Source of the DNA: an uncultured Mycoplasmatota bacterium
GTDB lineage: Bacteria; Bacillota_I; Bacilli_A; RF39; UBA660
Length of the DNA stretch: 64,000 nucleotides
Direction of reading: 5' to 3'
NCBI GenBank assembly: GCA_947646095.1
Contig: CANSFI010000002.1
Span: 5,132 to 69,131 of the forward strand
Positions 1-9,088 of this stretch are shown here, one piece after another; the first letter of the stretch is position 1; each line of letters begins with the position of its first letter. A program made the translations under genes and the position numbers. The notes under the pieces are model-generated. The model did no database searches. It had not been told where the DNA came from and was given only the letters and a program-made list of their open reading frames with translations.

Positions 1-1394
1 TTTAAAACATTAATATCATCATAACATTTTCCTGTAATATTAACTCCTACTGGTAAATTATTTACAAAACCATTTGGAATGGTAATTGAAGGGAATCCTC
101 CAAAATTACCTACTTGTAAGTGTTCTTCTAAAGCACTAGTATTTTTATCTAAAATATCAAGGCTTCCATCCAAATGTTTGGCTGGTCCACTTCCAACTGG
201 TAAAATAATGGCATCATATTTTTCATATAGTTTATTCCAAGTATCAACTATTAATCTCCTTACTCTCTGAGCGTTATGGAAATATTTATCCTTATTTTCT
301 GCTTGTAATACATATGATCCTATAACAAATCTTCTTTTAATAAGTGGCGAAAATCCTTCTGTACGATAGTTTTTCATCATTTCAATATAGTTTTTTCCCT
401 CACCTCTTGGTCCAAATATAATACCAGTTAAATTAGACATGTTAGAAGTTGCCTCAGCACAGGAAATTACTACATATGTAGAAGCAATAGCCTCTAATAA
501 AGTTTTATCAACACTCTCCTCTTCTACTTCCATACCAATTTCTCTACATTTATTTATAGTTTGTTTAAAATTTTCTAAGTGTTTTTTTAACTCATCACTA
601 GCATTTGGATAGTTTTCTATATTACAAAGTTCTTTTATATAACAAAGTTTTTTATTTTTTATATTACTATCAATTGAGTCATATAAGTGAATATTAGAAG
701 AATCCCAACTAGTCATATCATTTTTATCAATACCTTTCATATTATCTACAACGATAGCTGCATCTTTAACACTACGAGTTATAACTCCACAATGATCTAA
801 ACTAGATGCGAAGGCAAATAAACCATATCTTGAAATCATTCCATAAGTCGGTTTATATCCAACAGTTCCTGTATATGCAGCGGGCTTTCGAATAGAGTCT
901 CCTGTATCACTACCTGTTGCATATGGATAAACTCCTGCTGCTACAGCTGAGGCACTTCCAGCTGAAGATCCTGCACACATACGAGATAAATCCCAAGGAT
1001 TTTTTACAACACCAGTATGTCCAGTTGTTCCAGTTCCTCCCATACCAAATTCGTCTAATACTGTTTTATTAACAGCAATAGCATGAGCTTTCTCTAAATT
1101 TTTAATTGCGGTTGCTGTAAAAAATGGAATATAATCTTTTAAAGTATTAGATGAACCTGTACTAAGTATACCTTTAGTACTATAATTATCTTTTATTCCA
1201 TAAGGTATTCCAGAAAGCAAGTTATCAGTTACTTCTACCTCTTTAGCATCATCTAAAATTGTTACAAATGCATTACATTTATCATTTACTTCATGGGATT
1301 TTTTTAATGATTCTTCGATTAACTCTTTTACAGTTACTTCACCATTTATTAAAGATTCATGTATTTCTTCTATAGTTTTATTCATATATTCCAT
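1..1394 (-). CDS. gatA: Glu-tRNA(Gln)/Asp-tRNA(Asn) amidotransferase subunit A (3' end runs off the window start)
   Basis: Hand translation of the minus strand from ATG at 1394 gives MEYMNKTIEEIHESL...GMGGTGTTGH...CAGSSAGSASAVAAG (amidase signature) with no stop before the window edge. It is not in the ORF track because it is edge-truncated. It directly follows gatC. Confidence 0.85.
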   Translation of the reverse strand, partial: MEYMNKTIEEIHESLINGEVTVKELIEESLKKSHEVNDKCNAFVTILDDAKEVEVTDNLLSGIPYGIKDNYSTKGILSTGSSNTLKDYIPFFTATAIKNLEKAHAIAVNKTVLDEFGMGGTGTTGHTGVVKNPWDLSRMCAGSSAGSASAVAAGVYPYATGSDTGDSIRKPAAYTGTVGYKPTYGMISRYGLFAFASSLDHCGVITRSVKDAAIVVDNMKGIDKNDMTSWDSSNIHLYDSIDSNIKNKKLCYIKELCNIENYPNASDELKKHLENFKQTINKCREIGMEVEEESVDKTLLEAIASTYVVISCAEATSNMSNLTGIIFGPRGEGKNYIEMMKNYRTEGFSPLIKRRFVIGSYVLQAENKDKYFHNAQRVRRLIVDTWNKLYEKYDAIILPVGSGPAKHLDGSLDILDKNTSALEEHLQVGNFGGFPSITIPNGFVNNLPVGVNITGKCYDDINVL

Positions 1395-1691
1395 TTATTC
1401 CACCACCTTTGGTACTTTTATCTCTCTATTAAAAGTTGAATCACAATTCTGTAATAATTCATCAATATCAATAGATTCTTCTTTTACATCTTCTCTTAAA
1501 ATATATTCAAAATTATCTAAGCAGTGTGTCATTGGTTCTATTTTATCAATATTTGGTATTTTATTTATTAAGTCTATTTGATTATCAATAATCTCAAATT
1601 CATCAAGAACCATTTTAATCTCTTCTTCTTTTAAACCTATTAGTAGTTTATCAGCATAATCAACTACCATTTTTTCTGTAAATTTTTGCAT
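1395..1691 (-). CDS. gatC: amidotransferase subunit C
   Basis: Residues MQKFTEKMVVDYADKLLIGLKEEEIKMVLDEF...EPMTH resemble GatC. The RBS aaggagg lies 8 nt upstream of the ATG at 1691. The tracked 123-aa ORF has a spurious N-terminal extension that is a translation of the T-box terminator. Confidence 0.8.
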   Translation of the reverse strand: MQKFTEKMVVDYADKLLIGLKEEEIKMVLDEFEIIDNQIDLINKIPNIDKIEPMTHCLDNFEYILREDVKEESIDIDELLQNCDSTFNREIKVPKVVE

Positions 1692-1963
1692 TTTTTCCTC
1701 CTTAAAAAAACAGTAATCAAAATCCCTATTGGGACGAATTACTGTTATATCCGCGGTACCACCCATATTATTATATTAAAAATATAATCTCTTTACGACA
1801 ATTAGTCTAATAATATGATAACGGATTACTTCCGATTTAGCCTACTATTATTTCGACTAAATGACTCCTAAGTGTTTTTCATGATAATCTTGATTGTTAG
1901 CTTCCACCATACCTAACTCGCTTAAATTAGTTTTTATCATTACTTTTCTTAATCATTGCCTAT
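1692..1963 (-). promoter_or_regulatory. T-box riboswitch leader of gatCAB (probable Asn specifier)
   Basis: On the minus strand there is an F-box CCGTTA, a T-box motif GGGTGGTACCGCGG (plus 1751-1764), and a terminator hairpin ACAGTAAT...ATTACTGT followed by TTTTTTT just upstream of the gatC RBS. AAC triplets are present in the stem I region (GCTAACAA). Confidence 0.8.
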
Positions 1964-1970
1964 GTATATA

Positions 1971-1999
1971 ATTATAAAATAGTGACTATAAAAAGTCAA
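1971..1999 (-). promoter_or_regulatory. sigma-A type promoter for the gatCAB T-box leader
   Basis: Minus strand reads TTGACT, a 17-nt spacer, then TATAAT. Confidence 0.5.
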
Positions 2000-2002
2000 T
2001 AA

Positions 2003-2027
2003 ATTTAAAAAACTTCCGAAGAAGTTT
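2003..2027 (-). terminator. intrinsic terminator after the tRNA-Asn pair
   Basis: Minus strand has AACTTCTTCGGAAGTT hairpin followed by TTTTTT. Confidence 0.55.
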
Positions 2028-2036
2028 AATTCAAAG

Positions 2037-2112
2037 TGGCGCCTGATGTAGGACTCGAACCTACGACCCAACGGTTAACAGCCGTTTGCTCTACCGACTG
2101 AGCTAATCAGGC
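2037..2112 (-). tRNA. tRNA-Asn (anticodon GTT)
   Basis: Reverse complement is GCCTGATTAGCTCAGTCGGTAGAGCAAACGGCTGTTAACCGTTGGGTCGTAGGTTCGAGTCCTACATCAGGCGCCA. It is a 76-nt cloverleaf with anticodon loop CTGTTAA and an encoded CCA. Confidence 0.85.
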
Positions 2113-2113
2113 A

Positions 2114-2189
2114 TGGCGCTCAATGTAGGACTCGAACCTACGACCCAACGGTTAACAGCCGTTTGCTCTACCGACTGAGCTAATTGAGC
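2114..2189 (-). tRNA. tRNA-Asn (anticodon GTT), second tandem copy
   Basis: Near-identical to the first copy except for acceptor-stem bases (GCTCAAT.../...ATTGAGC). Encoded CCA present. Confidence 0.85.
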
Positions 2190-2306
2190 ATGTAACATAA
2201 GTTACGTAAGTAATTATAAAATATAATGATTTAAATGTCAATAGTTTTTAGAAAAAAGGAAAAGTCTTTTGACATTTCCTTTTTATTATATTCTATTTAT
2301 TTTAAA

Positions 2307-3317
2307 TTATTCTTGATTTTTACTAATATCCCCTACTTGATTACTTATATCATTAAATTCAAAATTATCTTTAAATAAACTATCAGTTGCTTTTTCTTTT
2401 AAAGAACCCATAGAAACTAAAATATCGTTAAGTAATATGTCATCTACTTCTCCTTTAAATTTTAAATCAGCTGTTATTATTTGATTATCATCAAGTTCAG
2501 TAACTATAACATAAACACTATAATCATAGTATTTACCTTTAAATAAGTAGTATTCCTTTTTATCCACTTTTTTAGAGTAATTACTTGTAAATTGATATTT
2601 TAAATTTCCTAAAGATTCTACTAATTTATCCTTATTAGGAACAAAATCATCATAGTTAGCATTTTTTACAATTTGCATACTAGCAGACCAATTTTCAGTT
2701 TCATCATAAATTAATAAATTATTAGTTTTTTGTTCTATTATCCAGGTTGAAGGAATTGTTATTTTATAATTATCATAAGAAACTTTAGAGTAAACTACCT
2801 TTTCTTCTACTGGTGTATTATCTTTTTTTGCTTTAGAATTACCTTTTACAATAAATAGACAAATATTCATTAATATAGAGCAAAATAAAACTAATGTTAA
2901 AATAATTACAGCTGTATTAATCGTTATTTTACCATTTTTTAATCCTTTTTTAGTCTTGTTTAATCTTGGTTTTCTAGGTTCAACTGTATCTAATATTTTC
3001 TTTTTATCTTCCATTTCTTTCAATTCTATTTGTTCTTTACCAGTGTTTTTTTGTGGTTTATCCATAATTAATTCTGTTTCTTCCACTTTATCATAAATCA
3101 TATTTTCATAGTCTTCCTGATCAATATCAGCACGCCCCAAACAGCTGATTATATCTTGTAAGTCTGGTAAATCATTAGAAATAGTTTCTTCATCATCTGG
3201 TAAGTCTATAATATCTGGACTTACTCTTCTTTTTAAAACATTTGCTTTAGTACCACAAATACGGCAAGTATCTTCACCTGGTATTATTGGTGTACCACAT
3301 TTGTCACATTTCATCAT
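2307..3317 (-). CDS. membrane protein with N-terminal double zinc-ribbon (CxxC...CxxC), function unknown
   Basis: MMKCDKCG...CRICG motif, a single TM segment, then a C-terminal extracytoplasmic domain. Confidence 0.45.
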   Translation of the reverse strand: MMKCDKCGTPIIPGEDTCRICGTKANVLKRRVSPDIIDLPDDEETISNDLPDLQDIISCLGRADIDQEDYENMIYDKVEETELIMDKPQKNTGKEQIELKEMEDKKKILDTVEPRKPRLNKTKKGLKNGKITINTAVIILTLVLFCSILMNICLFIVKGNSKAKKDNTPVEEKVVYSKVSYDNYKITIPSTWIIEQKTNNLLIYDETENWSASMQIVKNANYDDFVPNKDKLVESLGNLKYQFTSNYSKKVDKKEYYLFKGKYYDYSVYVIVTELDDNQIITADLKFKGEVDDILLNDILVSMGSLKEKATDSLFKDNFEFNDISNQVGDISKNQE

Positions 3318-3431
3318 AACACCTCACATTGTATATCCCTTTAATACCATTATACTTTTTATATAATTTTTGTCAATAACACTTTATGGATGCTTGTAAA
3401 TGTGGTGTAAAAAAATAATCCTAAGATTATT

Positions 3432-4907
3432 TTATAAAACTATCGCAAATAAGTTTCCTGAACCTTTATTAACCAATTTAGTTAGTGTTTGTTGTAGTTT
3501 ATATCTAGCATTGTCTGGCATAAGTGATAGTTTAGCTTGAATTCCTTCTTGTACAATACTATCTAGACTACGACCAAATATTTCACTTTTCCAAATATTT
3601 CCAGTTTCTTCTTCTGAATCTCTCATTAAGGAATTAATCAGTTCTTTACTTTGAAGTTCTGACCCTATGATTGGTTCAAATGTTGATTCAACGTCTACTC
3701 TAATCATATGAATTGAAGGTGCGACTGCTTTTAGTTTAATACCATAACGACTTCCTTGTTTAAGTATTTCTGGGGTTTCTAATTTCATATCCATAATAGA
3801 TGGTGCTGCTACTCCATACCCTGTTTGTTTTACCATTTTAAGCGCTGCTTTTATTTGATCATATTCTACTTTGGCTTCATTATAATCTTGGAATAGTGAC
3901 AATAATTGAGATTTACTAGTAATATCTATTCCTATAATTTCTTTTAAAACTTGATTATAAAGTTCTGGTGGTGCTTGTAAAGTAATTGTAACTTCCCCTG
4001 TTGATGTGTTAACATCTGAAAGATATGCTTTACTTATATATTCTGAGTCTATAAAATGATTAGTAATACTTTCAATATCTCTCAATTTATCTACTTCCAC
4101 TACACTTTCTTTTATCTTTTCTATATATACTTTTTTAAGCCAATTATTTGGTGATAGACATGCTATCCAATCTGGCATATCTACTTTTACTTCTAAAACT
4201 GGAAATTCATATAAAGCTTCTCTTAAAATATTATAGATATCTCTTTCTGTCATATTTTCAACACTAATAGGAAGTACTGGTACATTATAAGTTTCCCTCA
4301 TGTTTTCAGATAAACGCTCTGTTTCTGGTAGCATTGGATGAGTTGAATTTAGTAAAACTATAAATGGTTTTCCTATTTCTTTTAGCTCATCAATTACTCT
4401 TTGTTCTGCTTCTAGGTAATCATTTCTACTAATTTCACCAATCGATCCATCGGTTGTTACTACAATACCAATAGTAGAATGATCCTTGATTACTTTTTCT
4501 GTTCCTATTTCTGCTGCTTCTATAAATGGTATTTGTTCATCATACCAAGGTGTTTTAACCATTCTAGGGCCGTTTTCATCTTCATATCCTTTAGAGTTTG
4601 GTATAACATAACCAACACAATCTACTAAACGTACATTAGTAAAAAAGTCATCTATTTTTATTTGAGCTGCATTAGAAGGCACAAATTTAGGTTCGGTTGT
4701 CATTATTGTTTTTCCTTGAGCACTTTGTGGTATTTCATCAAGAGCCCTTTTTCTTTCATATTCATCCTCAATATTAGGAACAACTAAATTTTCTATAACC
4801 TTTTTTATAAATGTTGATTTACCTGTTCTAACAGCTCCTACTACTCCTAAATAGATTTCTCCACCAGTTCGTTCTGTAATACTTTTAATAATATCTAATT
4901 TTTCCAT
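3432..4907 (-). CDS. spoIVA: stage IV sporulation protein A (spore coat morphogenetic ATPase)
   Basis: Walker A GVVGAVRTGKST. Length and sequence are characteristic of SpoIVA. Confidence 0.9.
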   Translation of the reverse strand: MEKLDIIKSITERTGGEIYLGVVGAVRTGKSTFIKKVIENLVVPNIEDEYERKRALDEIPQSAQGKTIMTTEPKFVPSNAAQIKIDDFFTNVRLVDCVGYVIPNSKGYEDENGPRMVKTPWYDEQIPFIEAAEIGTEKVIKDHSTIGIVVTTDGSIGEISRNDYLEAEQRVIDELKEIGKPFIVLLNSTHPMLPETERLSENMRETYNVPVLPISVENMTERDIYNILREALYEFPVLEVKVDMPDWIACLSPNNWLKKVYIEKIKESVVEVDKLRDIESITNHFIDSEYISKAYLSDVNTSTGEVTITLQAPPELYNQVLKEIIGIDITSKSQLLSLFQDYNEAKVEYDQIKAALKMVKQTGYGVAAPSIMDMKLETPEILKQGSRYGIKLKAVAPSIHMIRVDVESTFEPIIGSELQSKELINSLMRDSEEETGNIWKSEIFGRSLDSIVQEGIQAKLSLMPDNARYKLQQTLTKLVNKGSGNLFAIVL

Positions 4908-4990
4908 TTAATCCCTACTTTCCATAATTCATTAAAATATATGAAGAATAGTTAATTGTTATGTATAAAAAAAGAATTTATTTCTAAATT

Positions 4991-5254
4991 CTATATAAAT
5001 TTATTTAAATCCTTTGGTACCTGTTCATTTACAACAGCACTTACTATTTTGTCTTCTTTTTCTTTAGAAACTTCTTTTCCTGTCATTGTACCAAGTTCCC
5101 TTATTATTTCTCTTAGTGTTGCTTCATTTTTTAAATCTGATTGTTGAAGTTTACTAGCTAAGTCAAGAATAGTTTGTTTATTTACATTAGTTTTCTTTTC
5201 TATTTTATTAAAAAAGCTATCTGAAAAATTAACCATATTATTCCTCCCTAACAC
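4991..5254 (-). CDS. small sporulation-associated protein, SpoVIF-like (tentative)
   Basis: 87 aa with FFNKIEKKTNV...EDKIV pattern reminiscent of the SpoVIF family. Position next to spoIVA and sigK fits. Confidence 0.35.
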   Translation of the reverse strand: MLGRNNMVNFSDSFFNKIEKKTNVNKQTILDLASKLQQSDLKNEATLREIIRELGTMTGKEVSKEKEDKIVSAVVNEQVPKDLNKFI

Positions 5255-5443
5255 TAGTATATGTTTAAGATTAAAATAGGTTAATTATAAACTTTGATAC
5301 TGTCTTATTTACTATTGATATAATTGCTTTATTATAAATATCTTGTTTAAATTTAATAAATTAATAATTTTATCTAACATAACATTTTATAGTTATTTTA
5401 TTACTAATATATCAAAAGAAGTAGGCTTTACATTTTTATTATA

Positions 5444-6199
5444 TTAATCTATATCTTTATTTCTTATAAATTCTCTAAGCATTCTAGTAAGCGCTCTTTT
5501 TTCAATGCGAGATACATAACTTCTAGAAATACCTAAGTCAGCAGCTATTTCTTTTTGTGTTTTTTCTTTTTCATCATTTAATCCATATCTTTTTATAATT
5601 ATTTCTTTTTCTCTTTCACTTAAAATATTAAAGTATTTTTTTAATGCTTTTACATGATTCTGTTTGTAGATATCTAAAGCAAAATCAGGTTTAGGTGTTT
5701 TTAAAATATCTAAAAATGTTATTTCGTTACCATCTTTATCAAAACCTACTGATTCATTTATACTAATATTTTTATTATTTTTTTTATCACTTCGATAATA
5801 CATAAGTATTTCATTTTCAATACATCTAGCACAATAAGTAGTAATACGTGTTCCATGTTTATATGAATAACTATCAACCCCTTTAATTAATCCTATTGTA
5901 CCAATACTTATTAAATCATCAACATCTTCTTTTCTATTATCATATTTTTTTACAATGTGGGCCACTAATCTAAGATTATGTTCAATAAGTTTATTTCTAG
6001 CATCCTTATCACCTAATTTAGCTTTACTAACATATTCATCTTCCTCTTGTTTAGTTAATGGATCTGGAAATACATTATTAGAATAAGCTGCTGAAAAAAG
6101 GTAAAAGTCTTTAAAAATTAAATTAAACAATTTTTTTAACAAAAAAATCACACTCCTAATTAAGAATATGATTTTTAATTCATTATTTATTTTGTCCAT
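5444..6199 (-). CDS. sigK: RNA polymerase sporulation sigma factor sigma-K (pro-sigma-K, uninterrupted)
   Basis: NKLIEHNLRLVAHIVKKY...DLISIGTIGLIKGVDSY and ...ISRSYVSRIEKRAL match SigK. N-terminal pro-sequence ends ...NNVFPDPLTKQEE. Confidence 0.85.
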   Translation of the reverse strand: MDKINNELKIIFLIRSVIFLLKKLFNLIFKDFYLFSAAYSNNVFPDPLTKQEEDEYVSKAKLGDKDARNKLIEHNLRLVAHIVKKYDNRKEDVDDLISIGTIGLIKGVDSYSYKHGTRITTYCARCIENEILMYYRSDKKNNKNISINESVGFDKDGNEITFLDILKTPKPDFALDIYKQNHVKALKKYFNILSEREKEIIIKRYGLNDEKEKTQKEIAADLGISRSYVSRIEKRALTRMLREFIRNKDID

Positions 6200-6205
6200 T
6201 AATTT

Positions 6206-6469
6206 TTATTTTATATTTAATATTTTTTCTAGTTCTTCTTTCTTTTTTCCTCTTAAAGGTTTACATTTCAAATAATTATTTTTATCTTTATTTATAGCAT
6301 CTTTCATTCCTTTACAACTACCAAATCCACATACTCCGCAATTTAATCCTGGTAAATGTTTTAGTATTTCATCTTCATTATCTATAGATACTAATATTAT
6401 TCCTAAGATTAAAGAAGTTATTGTTATAATTATTATTCCTATCATTTTATGTTTCCTTTCTTTATACAA
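6206..6469 (-). CDS. short RnfB-like protein: TM anchor plus putative Fe-S cluster domain only (no ferredoxin domains)
   Basis: LPGLNCGVCGFGSCKGMKDAINKDKNNYLKCKP matches the RnfB N-terminal Fe-S domain. It is located at the 3' end of the rnf gene string. Confidence 0.5.
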   Translation of the reverse strand: MYKERKHKMIGIIIITITSLILGIILVSIDNEDEILKHLPGLNCGVCGFGSCKGMKDAINKDKNNYLKCKPLRGKKKEELEKILNIK

Positions 6470-8348
6470 GAACTATACGGAAAGATTTGGTGTTGTTACC
6501 ATTAAAATTTTGAAAAGTAAATATGCCATTGCGATTGTTTTTATCAGCTACTCCATCTCCACCTCGACTAAACCAAGGTGTGTTATTATTAACCATTCCA
6601 GCATAATCATCATACCATGAGCCAAGTACTCCACTATCAGCATAAAATGGTCCCATCTCACCTGTTGCATCACCTAATATTCTCTTACTATATTGAGTAT
6701 AAACTGTAGATATATATATATCTACATACTTATTTTCTGGAAAAGTTGAATCTGTAAATCCACTATTACCATATTTTGTGGTAGCCCCAGTTGTATATCC
6801 CATAATGGCTTCTTCAGCTCCACCACTCATATCAAATATTCCACTTATATTTCCTGTTGTACTTTGGTTATAAATTCCATTTGTTTTACTTCCATAAACA
6901 TTTTTACATGTTCCACTTTTAGTTTCTCCAGATGAATTTCCTCCACATCCTGTCATATACCCTTGATAATTATTTATATAAACTTCTGAATTTTTTCCAT
7001 ATTTACTATGAGATAAATAGGCTACTGCCCCCCATTCTGTATTTTTCATCATATGAATATCACTATTACTTGATAAACCAAATATACTATCAGTACTATT
7101 CATACTTTTTACCATTTTAAAAGCGTTACTTACATTTATTCCTCTCCATGAATAAACGTTTGGTTTTACTATTAATTTAGTACTATTTGGATTTGCTACT
7201 ACGGCTTCTGATGTTTTAGTAGCATCTTTATAACCTGATTCAAATTTTCCTACCCATATTCCATTTAGTTCATCATTTCCAAAAGTGAATGCTGGGTGTG
7301 TTAAATATTCTCCATTATTTGTTCCATTTGATTTAGGGGTATTTTTATTTTCAAATACTATATCGATACTATGAACTTTAGTTGTATCTTTACTTGTATT
7401 TTTATCTAATACTTCTACATACCATAATTTATATTTATATCTTGGTATCCATGTTAAATAAACTAAAATATCATCTTCATTTATTTCTAATGCTGCATCT
7501 GTATTTTCATACTTGCTTCTACTTTCATCTGTTACTAGTACTGCATTTGCCCATACTTTATTATTATAATCATACCACTTACTTGATAAATCAGCTTTTT
7601 TTACAGTACCATCATTTTCTATTGTTACTGGTATCATTCCCGTTTTTAATACTGGATCTACTCCATTTAAACTTTCATCTTTATAGATATTTGTTTCTAC
7701 TGCTACTGTAATTGTTTTTTTTATGTTAGTTTTATCTACTGTTACTGTAATAGTTGTTATTCCCTCACTAATCCCTGTTATATTTCCTTCACTATCTACT
7801 TTAGCTATAAAGTTATCACTGGATTCCCAGTTTAATTTTTTATTGGTTGCATCACTAGGTAAGATATTTACATCTATTTTTTTACTTCCTTTTACTTTTA
7901 AAGTTATCTCTGTTTCACTTAATATAATATCCTCTACCGATATTGGTATAATACAATTTTTAGTATTTTCTATTAATGTTATATCATTATCATTAATTCC
8001 TTTAGTTACACAATATTTTCCATTTGTTATAGCTAATTCTATTTTTCCTTCTTTTGTAATAATCATATTACCACTTTTAGGTCTACTTCCTTTTATATCT
8101 AGTCCTTTAGCATCTGGAAATGTAAATGTTATTTCTGTCATTTCAACTGAGTCTAATAATTTATTAGCATAATAAACCTCCCCAGCTTTTATTATTCCAT
8201 ATGCTGAATCCTTAAATGCTGATTTATTTGCTCTTTCTATTATGTTCATTATTATTGGTATTGTAATTAAAGCTATTATGACTAATATTATTATGACTGC
8301 TAGAAGTTCTATAAGCGTAAATCCTTTTTTATTTTTCATTTCAATCAT
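6462..8348 (-). CDS. type IV pilin-like protein (prepilin N-terminus) fused to Big_2/Ig-like domains (pilin family member P1)
   Basis: N-terminus MIEMKNKKGFTLIELLAVIIIL... has the canonical G|FTLIE prepilin cleavage/methylation motif. The middle region has a Big_2-like repeat (ITLKVKGSKKIDVNILPSDATNKKLNWESSD...ITVTV). Confidence 0.75.
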   Translation of the reverse strand: MIEMKNKKGFTLIELLAVIIILVIIALITIPIIMNIIERANKSAFKDSAYGIIKAGEVYYANKLLDSVEMTEITFTFPDAKGLDIKGSRPKSGNMIITKEGKIELAITNGKYCVTKGINDNDITLIENTKNCIIPISVEDIILSETEITLKVKGSKKIDVNILPSDATNKKLNWESSDNFIAKVDSEGNITGISEGITTITVTVDKTNIKKTITVAVETNIYKDESLNGVDPVLKTGMIPVTIENDGTVKKADLSSKWYDYNNKVWANAVLVTDESRSKYENTDAALEINEDDILVYLTWIPRYKYKLWYVEVLDKNTSKDTTKVHSIDIVFENKNTPKSNGTNNGEYLTHPAFTFGNDELNGIWVGKFESGYKDATKTSEAVVANPNSTKLIVKPNVYSWRGINVSNAFKMVKSMNSTDSIFGLSSNSDIHMMKNTEWGAVAYLSHSKYGKNSEVYINNYQGYMTGCGGNSSGETKSGTCKNVYGSKTNGIYNQSTTGNISGIFDMSGGAEEAIMGYTTGATTKYGNSGFTDSTFPENKYVDIYISTVYTQYSKRILGDATGEMGPFYADSGVLGSWYDDYAGMVNNNTPWFSRGGDGVADKNNRNGIFTFQNFNGNNTKSFRIVLV

Positions 8349-8405
8349 CCCATTCTATTTTTATTATACCTATATTTTAATCTATATTAAATTGACAACA
8401 TTAAT

Positions 8406-8522
8406 TTAGTTTTGTCTATCTTTTTTACATCCATTACAATTAATACAACTTTTACACTTATTTTTACTATATAAAATACAAGTTAAAATAAATAAAACTA
8501 GAAGTATAATAAAAGCAATCAT
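8406..8522 (-). CDS. tiny membrane peptide with CxxCxxCxxC cluster, translationally coupled to rnfA
   Basis: Hand translation gives MIAFIILLVLFILTCILYSKNKCKSCINCNGCKKDRQN (38 aa). Its ATG overlaps the rnfA TGA stop (ATGA). It is below the ORF-track size cutoff. Confidence 0.35.
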   Translation of the reverse strand: MIAFIILLVLFILTCILYSKNKCKSCINCNGCKKDRQN

Positions 8523-9088
8523 AAAGGCATGTACCTTTTAAATAAAAGTGACATAACAAAAGCAGTTATTAAAGCAATAGGAACTCCTTTAAAGTATTTT
8601 GGAATATTAGATATTTCTAACCTTTCTCTAATACTTGCGAATATATATAAAACTAATGTAAAACCTAAAGAAGAAGATATACTATATATAAGAATTTCAA
8701 TAAAATTAAAACTATTATTTATATTCAATAAATTTATACCTAATACTGCACAATTTGTAGTTATAAGAGGTAAATATAAACCTAAATTTTTATGAATTTT
8801 AGGTAAATATTTTTTTAATACAATTTCTATTAATTGAACCATAAAAGCAATAATCAAAATAAACATAATAGTTTTTAAATATGTAGTATTTGTAGGAACT
8901 AAGATAAAATAATAAATTAAATAAATTAAAATACTAGATAAAATAACTACTATACTAACACTTACTCCCATATAAAAGGCATTCTTTTCTTTATTAGAGC
9001 TACCAAAGAAAGGACATAATCCTAAAAATTTACTCAAAATAATATTTTCTGTAAGTAAACCTGTAATAAATAAATTAATTAAATTCAT
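8519..9088 (-). CDS. rnfA: Rnf electron transport complex subunit A
   Basis: Polytopic membrane protein with GLCPFFG motif, RnfA/NqrE family. Confidence 0.85.
   Translation of the reverse strand: MNLINLFITGLLTENIILSKFLGLCPFFGSSNKEKNAFYMGVSVSIVVILSSILIYLIYYFILVPTNTTYLKTIMFILIIAFMVQLIEIVLKKYLPKIHKNLGLYLPLITTNCAVLGINLLNINNSFNFIEILIYSISSSLGFTLVLYIFASIRERLEISNIPKYFKGVPIALITAFVMSLLFKRYMPL

Noticed and set aside
79-270. 63-aa plus-strand ORF
   Set aside because: It lies entirely antisense within the gatA coding region on the minus strand. It is a spurious AT-rich ORF.
1692-1766. N-terminal 25-aa extension of the tracked gatC ORF (MGGTADITVIRPNRDFDYCFFKEEK)
   Set aside because: This stretch is the T-box/terminator RNA element (contains GGTACCGCGG and the terminator stem). 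The real start is the ATG at 1691 with RBS AAGGAGG.
6932-8172. Three plus-strand ORFs (62, 109 and 149 aa) rich in L/F/Y/I
   Set aside because: They are antisense to the pilin-like gene 6462..8348, low-complexity translations of AT-rich DNA, and have no RBS.
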